DNA from: Candidatus Eiseniibacteriota bacterium
Lineage (GTDB): Bacteria > Eisenbacteria > RBG-16-71-46
Assembly: GCA_044223005.1 (NCBI GenBank)
Contig: JBGAML010000007.1
Location: 1 to 64,000, forward strand
DNA length: 64,000 nucleotides
Direction of reading: 5' to 3'
The notes under the pieces were generated by a model. That model ran no database searches, had not been told where the DNA came from, and saw nothing but the letters and a program-made list of their open reading frames with translations. Of the stretch, positions 8,794 to 17,208 are shown piece after piece. Numbering within the stretch: the stretch's first letter is position 1; each line of letters starts with the position of its first letter. The translations under genes were made by a program, and so were the position numbers.

Positions 8794-10155
8794 TCAAGCC
8801 GCCGAACGTGATCCGCGCGGCCCGAGCAGCCGCAACGCCGCGCGGACGCGCTCCTCCAGCGAAGCGCCCTCCACGATCGGGACGCGCCGCGCGACCTCGC
8901 GCGCTTCGTTCGCCCGCAGCCCGAGTCCGCGCAACCAGGGGACGAGCTCCTCGGCGGCGGCGAAGCGCGAGGCTTCCTCGGCGGCCGCCCGCTCGCGCTC
9001 GGCTCGGGCTTGCTCGCGTGCGGCCGCCGCTCGCGCATCCTCGGCGCCGGTTCTCGCGGCCCGATCGGCGCGGATGCGCTCGCGCTCGGCACGGCGGCGC
9101 TCCTGCTCGGCGCGCCTGGCCTCGCGCCGTCCCTCGACGTAGCGCTTCCCGAACGCGCGCTCGGCTTCGAGCTGGTTGTGCTCGCGGCAGCGCAGGCGCT
9201 GGTTCGCCGCCGAGTCGTCACCGCCGAGCGCTTTGGGGATCACGTGGTCGTATTCGAGCTGCTTCCGGCACTCGCAGCGCCGGCCGGTGTCGCTCGTGTA
9301 AGTGCACTGGCCACCATCGCGTTCCCAGACCTCGCGGCGCACGTGCTTGGGGATGCGGCGGCGGCCGGGTACCCCCGAAGCGCTCGTGCGCGGGGCCGGT
9401 CTCTTGGACGCGGCCGCCGACTGTGACGCGCGCCGGCCGGTCCCGAACTTCCGCTTCTCCAGCTTTTCGCGCCACGCCGCGACCATCTGCTCGAAGACGC
9501 GCGCCCCGTCGTGCGCGACGTCATATGACGCGAGCGCGAGCGCGTCGCGATAGGCGTCGGCGAGCTCGGCGGGAACGCTAAACGTGATCGTGCGCCGCGC
9601 CAGAGTGGCAGGCGCTGGCTCCGCAGCGGTCGCCTGAGCCGCCGCGACCGCTTGACCATTTCTGGAAATGACCGGATCCGGATCCGGTTCGCTATCCGTA
9701 TTCGCAACGACTTGCGCGAGCAGGTCGCCGACCACCTGCGGCGAGCGAGCTCGTGCGCGCTCCGCAAGCAGCCAGCTGATCTCGTCCCGCGTGCGATGTG
9801 CGGCAGCGGAGATCAGCTCGTCGGCATTCTCCGGCTCGATGTGCGGGGCGAGTAGCAGGACGGCCCGAAGGTGCAGCCGCCCGTCCGCGATCGCCGACAG
9901 CAGTGCCGGCACGCGGCGCACCGCGCGTGCCGCCTGGATCTTCTTGTCCGCCGAATCCGGTTCCATCCCCAGCTCGCCGACCAGGAACGCCGTCGTCGAG
10001 CCGTAGGCCGCTTCGACGTAGAGCTTCCGCGCGTCGATCTCGGCGAGATGCTCGAGCAGCTCCGCGGTGTTCTCCGCACGAGCGGCGAGCAGGTGGCGCG
10101 TCTCCGAAACCAGGACCTGGGGCGTGAGCGAGAACAGCGAGCGAACGGTCCGCAT
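8794..10155 (-). CDS. HNH endonuclease with DUF222-like helical N-terminus and RuvA C-terminal-like domain
   Basis: VRREVWERDGGQC...C...LEYDHVIPKALGG...N...CREHN; N-terminal LLEHLAEIDARKLY...AYGS; C-terminal LRGLGLRANEARE...SLEERVRAALRLL. Confidence 0.85.
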   Translation of the reverse strand: MRTVRSLFSLTPQVLVSETRHLLAARAENTAELLEHLAEIDARKLYVEAAYGSTTAFLVGELGMEPDSADKKIQAARAVRRVPALLSAIADGRLHLRAVLLLAPHIEPENADELISAAAHRTRDEISWLLAERARARSPQVVGDLLAQVVANTDSEPDPDPVISRNGQAVAAAQATAAEPAPATLARRTITFSVPAELADAYRDALALASYDVAHDGARVFEQMVAAWREKLEKRKFGTGRRASQSAAASKRPAPRTSASGVPGRRRIPKHVRREVWERDGGQCTYTSDTGRRCECRKQLEYDHVIPKALGGDDSAANQRLRCREHNQLEAERAFGKRYVEGRREARRAEQERRRAERERIRADRAARTGAEDARAAAAREQARAERERAAAEEASRFAAAEELVPWLRGLGLRANEAREVARRVPIVEGASLEERVRAALRLLGPRGSRSAA

Positions 10156-10248
10156 GTGCACATCCGCGTCGGGGGCGGGTGCGTGTCGGGCGCACGCACT
10201 TTGTAGCACACGCAAATTCGGCCGCCACAGACGCGCGCACGTCGCGAG

Positions 10249-10377
10249 TTGACACGCTTCGCGACAACTTCGCGGCGATCGCGCGCGCGATGCGCCAAAC
10301 GCGCGGGGGAGGCGCGCAGGCGCGGAGCCATGGTCGCCGCGGCGACATCGAAGTCGTGGCGCGTGGAATCGTGTCAA
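10249..10377. repeat. Imperfect long inverted repeat with internal palindromes
   Basis: TTGACACGCTTC... pairs with ...GAATCGTGTCAA (11 of 12); internal palindromes ATCGCGCGCGCGAT and GTCGCCGCGGCGAC. Confidence 0.55.
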
Positions 10378-10389
10378 GGGCCGAGTGCG

Positions 10390-10440
10390 GTCCAGACCGG
10401 GGACACTGGTAACAGTGCAGACCGGGGACATGGGTTACAG
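10390..10440. mobile_element. Orphan IS481-like terminal sequence (two 23-bp direct repeats, 25-bp period)
   Basis: CAGACCGGGGACACTGGTAACAG (10393-10415) and CAGACCGGGGACATGGGTTACAG (10418-10440); resembles the GACA..GGTAACA tandem transposase sites I recall from IS481-family ends; no transposase in the window. Confidence 0.6.
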
Positions 10441-10646
10441 CACGAGAGCATCCTCCGCGGTCGAGCCCGGGTCCGGATCTGGCGCACGGTCGGAGCTTTC
10501 CGCTCCCATCCTCCGCGCTCGCCTCGCGACCGGACACGGCGCCTCGGCCGTGTCGCCTGCCTGCCGCCCACGTCACCGCGCGTCCCGCACCCGTCCCGCC
10601 GCTCCGTCTTGGCCCGGCCCGCTCGGGCCCGTACACTCGTCCCCCC

Positions 10647-11693
10647 ATGAAGCCCACCCAGGACCTGCGCGTCACCACGTTCACGCGGCTGTCGCCGCCG
10701 CGCGCGCTCAAGGCCGCGCTGCCGGCGCCCGAGAGCGCGCACGAGCACGTCGCGGCGGCGCGCGAGCGGATCGGCGCGATCCTCGAGCAGCGCGATCCGC
10801 GGCTGCTGGTCGTGGTGGGGCCGTGCTCGATCCACGATCCGGCGGCGGCGCTCGAGTACGCGGGGCGCCTCGCGTCGCTGCGCGCGTCGCTCGCGGACCG
10901 GTTCGAGATCGTGATGCGCGTCTACTTCGAGAAGCCGCGCACGACGATCGGCTGGAAGGGCCTCATCAACGATCCGCACCTGGACGGCTCGCAGGACATC
11001 GAGACCGGGCTCGCCGTCGCGCGGCGGCTGCTGCTCGAGGTCGCGGCGCTCGGGCTGCCCGCGGGGACCGAGTTCCTCGATCCGATCGTGCCGCAGTACC
11101 TCGATGACCTGGTCGCGTGGGCGGCGATCGGCGCGCGCACGACCGAGTCGCAGACGCACCGCGAGATGGCGAGCGGCCTCTCGATGCCGGTCGGTTTCAA
11201 GAACGCGACCGATGGCAGCGTGCAGGTCGCGGTCGACGCGATGCGCGCGGCGATGACGCCGCACAGCTTCCTCGGGATCGACCTCGACGGCGTGACGAGC
11301 ATCGTGCGCACGCGCGGCAACGCGGCGGTGCACATGGTCATGCGCGGCGGTGCGGCGCGCACCAACTACGACGCCGAGAGCATCCGCGACGCCGAGGCGC
11401 GCCTCGCGGCGGCGGGCCTGCCGCGCGCGATCATGGTCGACTGCAGCCACGCGAACTCCGGCCGCCAGCCCGCGCGCCAGGAGGACGTGTGGCGCGACGT
11501 GCTCGCGCAGCGCCGTGCCGGCACGCGCGCGATCGCGGGGATGATGCTCGAGAGCCACCTCGAGGGCGGCAGCCAGCCGTTCCCGGTGCCGGCGGCCGAC
11601 TTGCGCTACGGCGTCTCGATCACGGACCCGTGCCTCGACTGGGAGAGCACGGAACGCCTGCTGCGCGAGGGCCACGCGGCCCTGGGCGGCTGA
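10647..11693 (+). CDS. 3-deoxy-7-phosphoheptulonate (DAHP) synthase, class I alpha (AroF/G/H type)
   Basis: [64 protein letters not shown]. Confidence 0.96.
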   Translation: MKPTQDLRVTTFTRLSPPRALKAALPAPESAHEHVAAARERIGAILEQRDPRLLVVVGPCSIHDPAAALEYAGRLASLRASLADRFEIVMRVYFEKPRTTIGWKGLINDPHLDGSQDIETGLAVARRLLLEVAALGLPAGTEFLDPIVPQYLDDLVAWAAIGARTTESQTHREMASGLSMPVGFKNATDGSVQVAVDAMRAAMTPHSFLGIDLDGVTSIVRTRGNAAVHMVMRGGAARTNYDAESIRDAEARLAAAGLPRAIMVDCSHANSGRQPARQEDVWRDVLAQRRAGTRAIAGMMLESHLEGGSQPFPVPAADLRYGVSITDPCLDWESTERLLREGHAALGG

Positions 11694-11821
11694 TCCGGGC
11701 GCCGCACGCGGCGCTCATCCCCGGCAAGTGCCCGGCCGATAACCCCTTGGACGGACGCCGTCCCGGTGCCGGCCACGAGGGCCGCGCGGAGCGTCTGGTC
11801 GTGCATGCGAACGAGGGGTCC

Positions 11822-13012
11822 ATGCCGCGAGTGTTGCTGGTCCACGACGACCTGCGCGCCACCGAGCGCGTGCTCCGCGTGCTCGCCCTGCGCGAGCCGC
11901 AGTGGGAGCTCGATCACGTGGCCACGATCGCCGACGCCTGGAAGCGTGTCGAGGAATGGCAGCCCGACGCGGTCGTCGCGGCGGCCAAGGCGCCGGAGCT
12001 CGACGGCATCGAACTCCTCTCGCGCGTCCAGCACGCGTACCCGAACACCGTACGCATCGCGGTCGGCGTCGACGGCGAAGCGGAGAAGGGCCTGCGCACG
12101 CTGCGCATCGCGCACCGCGCCGTGACCGAGCCGATCGAGGTCGCGACGCTGCAGGAGATGGTGAAGCGCCTGCTGCTCCTCAACGCGCTCGTCTCGCGTC
12201 CGCCCGTGCGCGAGCTGCTCGGCCGCATGGGGCCGCTGCCCGCGGTACCGAGCGTCTACACGAAGCTCTCCAAGCGGCTCGAGGACCCGAACACGTCGGT
12301 GTTCGAGCTCTCCGAGATGATCGCGGCCGACAGCACGCTCGCGGCGCAGGTGCTGCGCATCGCGAACAGTGCCTACTTCGGGCACCACCAGCACGTCACC
12401 AAGATCGAGGCGGCCGCCGCGCGGCTCGGCACGCGGCTGCTGAAGTCGCTCGTGCTGACCGCCGAGGTCTACAACCGCTTCCCGGTCTCGCCGTTCATGG
12501 TCGAGCGGCTGGAGGCGCTGCAGTCGCACGCGTCGCTCGTCGCCCGCATCGCGTCCAACCTCGAGCCGGCGGCGCCGTGGCGCGACGACGCGTTCACGGC
12601 CGGGCTGCTGCACGACATCGGCAAGCTGCTGCTCGCCGCCTACCTGCCCGACCTGCACGCGAGCATCGTGCGCGAGGCCGAGCGCGAGGGCCGGCCCGAG
12701 CACGAGATCGAGCTGCAGCGCATGGGCGCCCACCACGGCGGCATCGGCGCCTGCCTGCTGGGCATGTGGGGCCTGCCGAGTGAGATCCTCGAGGCGGCCG
12801 ACCGCCACCACGACCCGATGCCGGTGCTGCCGGTGACGCTGGACCCCGTGAGCGCGGTCACGATCGCCGACGCGCTGGTGCATGGCGCCACCTCGACGGT
12901 CGGCCCGCACTCGATCGACCTCATGTGGCCCGAGGCGGCGCTCAAGGATCCGCGCTGGCCGCAGTGGCGTGAGCTGGCGATCGAGACCGTCGGGCGGGAA
13001 ACCGCCGCATAG
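11822..13012 (+). CDS. HDOD domain signal-transduction protein with N-terminal receiver-like domain
   Basis: RVLLVHDD; LPAVPSVY, VLRIANSAYFG, AFTAGLLHDIGKLLL, LGMWGLP. Confidence 0.88.
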   Translation: MPRVLLVHDDLRATERVLRVLALREPQWELDHVATIADAWKRVEEWQPDAVVAAAKAPELDGIELLSRVQHAYPNTVRIAVGVDGEAEKGLRTLRIAHRAVTEPIEVATLQEMVKRLLLLNALVSRPPVRELLGRMGPLPAVPSVYTKLSKRLEDPNTSVFELSEMIAADSTLAAQVLRIANSAYFGHHQHVTKIEAAAARLGTRLLKSLVLTAEVYNRFPVSPFMVERLEALQSHASLVARIASNLEPAAPWRDDAFTAGLLHDIGKLLLAAYLPDLHASIVREAEREGRPEHEIELQRMGAHHGGIGACLLGMWGLPSEILEAADRHHDPMPVLPVTLDPVSAVTIADALVHGATSTVGPHSIDLMWPEAALKDPRWPQWRELAIETVGRETAA

Positions 13013-13169
13013 GTCTCGCCGGCGAACGGCTCAGGCCGCGCCCCCAGATTCGACACGGCGTTGACACGGAGCGGCCGCGCCCGGGAGTAATTCTGGGGTT
13101 GGTCGAACCCGCAGAGGAACACGCTCCCCGCCGCCCACGCGTCCCGAATCGCGTGAAGGAGAGTTTCCC

Positions 13170-14549
13170 ATGAGGCCGCGCCCCACGCCGTGGTCCGTCC
13201 CCGCGCTCGCGCTGCTGCTCGTCGCGCTCGTCTGCTGCGCCGGACCGACCGAACTCGCTCGTCGCAGCCACGTCGCGCTGGAAGGCGGCGACGCGCTCAA
13301 GGCCTACCAGCTCGCGCGCAAGGCGCTCGAGAAGGAGCCGCGCAACGCCAACGCGCGCGAATCGATGATCGAGGCCGCGCGCGCGGTCGGCTCCGACTAC
13401 CGCGCGCGGATCGGCAACCTCGCCGCCGTCGACACGCTCGGCGCGGCGAAGCTCGTGCTCGAGTTCGCCGCGTTCCGCGACGAGCTGCGCGGCTACCGCG
13501 TCGCGCTCGATCCCGATCCCGCGTGGGATCGCACCGAATCGCAGTTGCGTGCCGGTGCCGCGCGCGGGCTGGAACGCGCCGGCGTCGAGGCGATGGAAGC
13601 CCGCCGCGCCCGCGTCGCCTACGCGCGCTTCCAGGAAGCCGCGACCTTCGTCGCGCCGTCGCCAGAACTCGAGCGCCGCACGCAGCGGGCGTGGCAGCTC
13701 GCCCAGACGCGCGTCGTGGTGCTGCCCGTGCGCGACGAGAACGCCGGGCCGACGCTGGCGCGCGAACTCACGGACCGGCTCTACGACGACCTCGCCTCGC
13801 GCGTGAAAGGCAGCGGCTGGAAGTTCACGCGGCTCGTGCCCGAGGCCGACGTGTGGAACGTGGTCACGGTCAGCCAGCTCGACGGCATGGACCGCGACGA
13901 GGCCATGAAGATCGCGCGCAAGCTGGGCGCGCAGCGCGTCGTGTGGGCGCGCACGTACGGGCTCACCACCGACACGCGTTCGGAGCACTTCCGCGGGCCC
14001 ATCTGGCACCGGACCGAGGTGCGCGATTCCACCGGGCGGCGAGTCGATGACTGGGTCGAGATGCCGTTCGAGTCGATGAAGCGCGAACGCGAAGTGAACG
14101 TCCACTGGGACGTGCAGGTGCTGTCGGTCGACGACGAGGTGCTGCTCGCGCGCGACCGCGACACGCGCCAGGGCGTGGCGCGCACGGTCTGGACCTCGTT
14201 CCTGCCGCAGGACGACGCCGACCGCTACGTGCTGTTCCCGCCCAACTGGAAGGACCTGCACCGCGACCGCTGCACGGAGATCCAGAAGCGCTGGGACGAC
14301 AACAGCGAAGGCTTCACGCTGGCGGAGTTCCTCGACCGCGCGAAGCGCCAGCACGGCCGCCGCGAGTACAAGAGCGACTACCGCGGCGAGTTCACGGGCG
14401 GCAAGCCGGTCTTCCTGAACGACCTGCCGCCCGCGGGCGACATGGCGTTCGTCGTGCTCGCCGAGCTGTGGCGCCCGGTCTACTCGGCGCTCAAGCGCCT
14501 CGACGCACTCGACGACGTCGACGTGCCCGCGGTCGATCCCGCGAAGTAG
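13170..14549 (+). CDS. Exported/lipoprotein-like hypothetical protein, TPR-like N-half plus CsgG/TolB-N-like domain
   Basis: Signal peptide ending LVCC; RVVVLPVRD...ELTDRLYDDL...AMKIARKLGAQRVVW pattern; AAGGAG RBS. Confidence 0.7.
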   Translation: MRPRPTPWSVPALALLLVALVCCAGPTELARRSHVALEGGDALKAYQLARKALEKEPRNANARESMIEAARAVGSDYRARIGNLAAVDTLGAAKLVLEFAAFRDELRGYRVALDPDPAWDRTESQLRAGAARGLERAGVEAMEARRARVAYARFQEAATFVAPSPELERRTQRAWQLAQTRVVVLPVRDENAGPTLARELTDRLYDDLASRVKGSGWKFTRLVPEADVWNVVTVSQLDGMDRDEAMKIARKLGAQRVVWARTYGLTTDTRSEHFRGPIWHRTEVRDSTGRRVDDWVEMPFESMKREREVNVHWDVQVLSVDDEVLLARDRDTRQGVARTVWTSFLPQDDADRYVLFPPNWKDLHRDRCTEIQKRWDDNSEGFTLAEFLDRAKRQHGRREYKSDYRGEFTGGKPVFLNDLPPAGDMAFVVLAELWRPVYSALKRLDALDDVDVPAVDPAK

Positions 14550-14563
14550 CCGGCGTCACGCGA

Positions 14564-14597
14564 ACGGGCCCGGGGCGGATCGCCGCCCCGGGCCCGT
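14564..14597. terminator. 15-bp GC hairpin between convergent genes
   Basis: ACGGGCCCGGGGCGG-ATCG-CCGCCCCGGGCCCGT. Confidence 0.7.
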
Positions 14598-14612
14598 CGT
14601 GCGCCCCGCGTG

Positions 14613-16994
14613 TCAGTACGCGCGCACGAAGCGCAGCGTGCGCGTCTCGCCGCCCGCGACGAGTCGCGCGAAGTAGAGCCCGCTCGCCGCGAGGTTGCCG
14701 CGCGCGTCGGTGCCGTCCCACGCGCGCGTCCACTCGCCTTCGCCGAACGCGCCGTCGGCGAGCACGCGCACCTCGCGGCCCGCGGCGTCGTACACCGCGA
14801 TCCGCACCGGCGCCGCGTGCGGCAGCGCGAAGCGCAGGCGCACCGGTCCCGCGGCCGGGCTCGCCGAGGCGAGCGCGAACGCCAGCGCGTGCGGCGGCGG
14901 CGCGTCGTCGACGCCCGCGACTCCCACCGGGACCAGCGTCGCGACCGGCGATTCGTTGCCGTGCGCGTCGATCGCGGTCAGCTTGTAGACGCCGATCGGC
15001 GCGCTCGCCGCCCACCACGCGGTCGTGACCGGCGAGGCGACGAGGTTGCCCGGCCCCGGCACGAACGCCGTCGTCGCGCCGCGGTAGAGCCGGTAGCCCG
15101 CGAGGTCGCCCTCGTGGTTGGCGCCCCATTGCAGCGAGGTGAGCGCGGGCGTGAAGCTGCCCGTGAACGGCGCGGGAGCGGCGGGCGGCAGGTTGTCGAC
15201 CGAGTAGCCGCTGTCGGGCACCGATTGCCAGAACGCCTTCACATCGAGCGCCGAATGCGCCTCGACCATGTACACGGTGTACGGGTTATAGCCCGGCAGC
15301 GAATCGGTGGTCGTGCTCGCGACGTAGCTGTACTGCGCCGACGCGTTCGCCGGCTGCTGCGTCACCAGCTCCCACGCGTAGCCTTCGATGGCCGCAGGCT
15401 GGAACACGCGTCCCGCCGCGGCCGCGCCCGTGCCGCCCAGCCACGCGCCGCGGCCCGCGGCGATCGCCGCCTGTGCGGCGGTCGCGGGCGTCTGGCGCCA
15501 GATCCAGTAGTTCGAGATGCCCCAGTCGGGATCGCCGTCCATCGGGCTCGCGTTCCACGCGAGCCGCACCGCGCCGCCCTGGTCGCCGCGCACGTCGCGC
15601 GCCTCGAGCCCCGTGGGCCGCGAATCGCCGAGCGACGCGTAGTGATCGAGGTGCTGGGCGTAGACCAGGCTGGAGCCGGCCGCGACTCCGAGGACGATCG
15701 CGCCACCGCTGCCGTCCGGCACGACCCCCGCCGACGCGATCTGCGCCTGGATCACGACACGGCCCCCCTCCACCGACAAGGGCGCGAGCGAGCCCCCCGG
15801 CGTCAGCCGGTTCGCGTAGGCCTCGCGGCTCTCGGTGCCCGCCCGCGTGTCCACCATCGCCAGGATCGCGCCGCCCGCTCCATCCGTCGTCGCGTGGATC
15901 TCGGAGTTGAGCGCGTAGGGCTCGGCGATGCGGCCGAGCGCCCATGCCGGGCCCGTGAGGCCCAGGGAGTCCACGTGGCAGATGCGGTCACCGGCGACGC
16001 TCGACCAGGTGCAGAACACACCTCCGCGGCCGTCGGCTGCGAGGTGAGTCTGGTAGTTCGGACCGTTCGCAGCGCTGAATGCCGCTCCGTCCGCGGAGTT
16101 CCCCGTCGCCGGGCCGCTCGGGAGCATGCGCATGCCGCGCTGCTGGGTGGTTCCGGAGCCGCTGCGGTCGTCGCGCCATGCGAACCACGCCGCCCCGAAT
16201 CCGTCCGCGACGGCGACGGGATTGCTCTGGCTGCCGCTCATGAGCAGGCTCGCGCTCCCCGTGACGCTGCCTTGCGCGCTCCAGTGCTGGAACGACAGGT
16301 CGGGATCGGAGTTGACCGAGACGAATCCGAGGTAGAAGCCACCGACTCCGTCGGCGGCGATGCACGGTGTGGTCTCGTTCAGGGTCGAGTTGGCGGCCAC
16401 GAACGTGGAGGACGTGCCGTTGGCGAGGACGTGCGTGACGTAGATGTCGTGGTCCGAGCTGGAAAAGTCGTATTCGAACGCCACGTAGGCGCCACCGGCG
16501 CCGTCGGCGCAGACGGCCAGGTCGTGCTCGTTGACGGTGGGCGAGCCGCTGATGGCCACGCCGCCCGCGGTCCATTGCGGGACTCCGGTCGCACTCACGC
16601 GCTGGGCCCACGGACGCCACATGCCGCTCGATCCGTCGTTCCAGATCACGATGCCGCCGCCCGTGCCGTCGGCGACGACGCGCTGTTCACCGATCGAGCT
16701 GCTCAGGATGGAGTGCACCACGACGCCACCGGCCGGCCAGCCCGGCGAGGTTCCACCGGTCGCGGCGACCCGCTGCACCCGGATGTCCGCGGGACCGAAG
16801 ATCCCGCCCAGGGTCTGCAGCGGGAAGAGCACCCCACCGTAGCCGTCCGGCACGGCTGAGTCGGTGGCCAGGGACGAATACTGGTTCGGCGTGCAGACGA
16901 CCGACGGCGCACCCGGGTCGCGCGACCACTGCGCACGCGCGGGCGCGACGGGGAGAAGAAGCAGCAGCAGGAGCAGCGGGGCGCATCGGCGCAC
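14613..16994 (-). CDS. Secreted beta-propeller-repeat protein with FN3-like and C-terminal FlgD-Ig/T9SS-like domain (paralog A)
   Basis: Signal peptide (APARA/QW), about 8 DGxGG-hydrophobic repeats, DLAGYRLYRG, tail YDAAGREVR...WDGTDARG...SGLYFARL. Confidence 0.85.
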   Translation of the reverse strand: MRRCAPLLLLLLLLPVAPARAQWSRDPGAPSVVCTPNQYSSLATDSAVPDGYGGVLFPLQTLGGIFGPADIRVQRVAATGGTSPGWPAGGVVVHSILSSSIGEQRVVADGTGGGIVIWNDGSSGMWRPWAQRVSATGVPQWTAGGVAISGSPTVNEHDLAVCADGAGGAYVAFEYDFSSSDHDIYVTHVLANGTSSTFVAANSTLNETTPCIAADGVGGFYLGFVSVNSDPDLSFQHWSAQGSVTGSASLLMSGSQSNPVAVADGFGAAWFAWRDDRSGSGTTQQRGMRMLPSGPATGNSADGAAFSAANGPNYQTHLAADGRGGVFCTWSSVAGDRICHVDSLGLTGPAWALGRIAEPYALNSEIHATTDGAGGAILAMVDTRAGTESREAYANRLTPGGSLAPLSVEGGRVVIQAQIASAGVVPDGSGGAIVLGVAAGSSLVYAQHLDHYASLGDSRPTGLEARDVRGDQGGAVRLAWNASPMDGDPDWGISNYWIWRQTPATAAQAAIAAGRGAWLGGTGAAAAGRVFQPAAIEGYAWELVTQQPANASAQYSYVASTTTDSLPGYNPYTVYMVEAHSALDVKAFWQSVPDSGYSVDNLPPAAPAPFTGSFTPALTSLQWGANHEGDLAGYRLYRGATTAFVPGPGNLVASPVTTAWWAASAPIGVYKLTAIDAHGNESPVATLVPVGVAGVDDAPPPHALAFALASASPAAGPVRLRFALPHAAPVRIAVYDAAGREVRVLADGAFGEGEWTRAWDGTDARGNLAASGLYFARLVAGGETRTLRFVRAY

Positions 16995-17158
16995 GATCGA
17001 CCTCCACGGGCAGCGGGCGGGCGCTCACGGGGCCCGTCCCTCGAACGAAGACGCCGGCGCGCGGCCCACCGGCCGTGCCCGACGCACTCGCATGGATAGA
17101 CGCAATCGCGCGCCCGGACCGGACATCGCCCGCGGCCGCGGCCGACGCCCACGTGAAA

Positions 17159-17190
17159 CGGGCCCGGGGCGGTGTTCCGCCCCGGGCCCG
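17159..17190 (-). terminator. Hairpin downstream of paralog B with the same stem as 14564-14597
   Basis: CGGGCCCGGGGCGG-TGTT-CCGCCCCGGGCCCG, followed by TTT on the minus strand. Confidence 0.7.
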
Positions 17191-17208
17191 GCGTGTGGCG
17201 AGTCGCGC

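Noticed and set aside
8774..9142. Plus-strand ORF after the ECF sigma as a remnant of a cognate kinase
   Set aside because: No kinase motifs; it is simply antisense to the HNH gene 3' end
9672..9687. CCGGATCCGGATCCGG palindrome, also at about 22556
   Set aside because: Both encode EPDPDP within coding sequence; no shared flanking sequence, so most likely coincidental
10393..10440. Mini CRISPR array
   Set aside because: Only two repeats separated by 2 nt, no spacers and no cas genes
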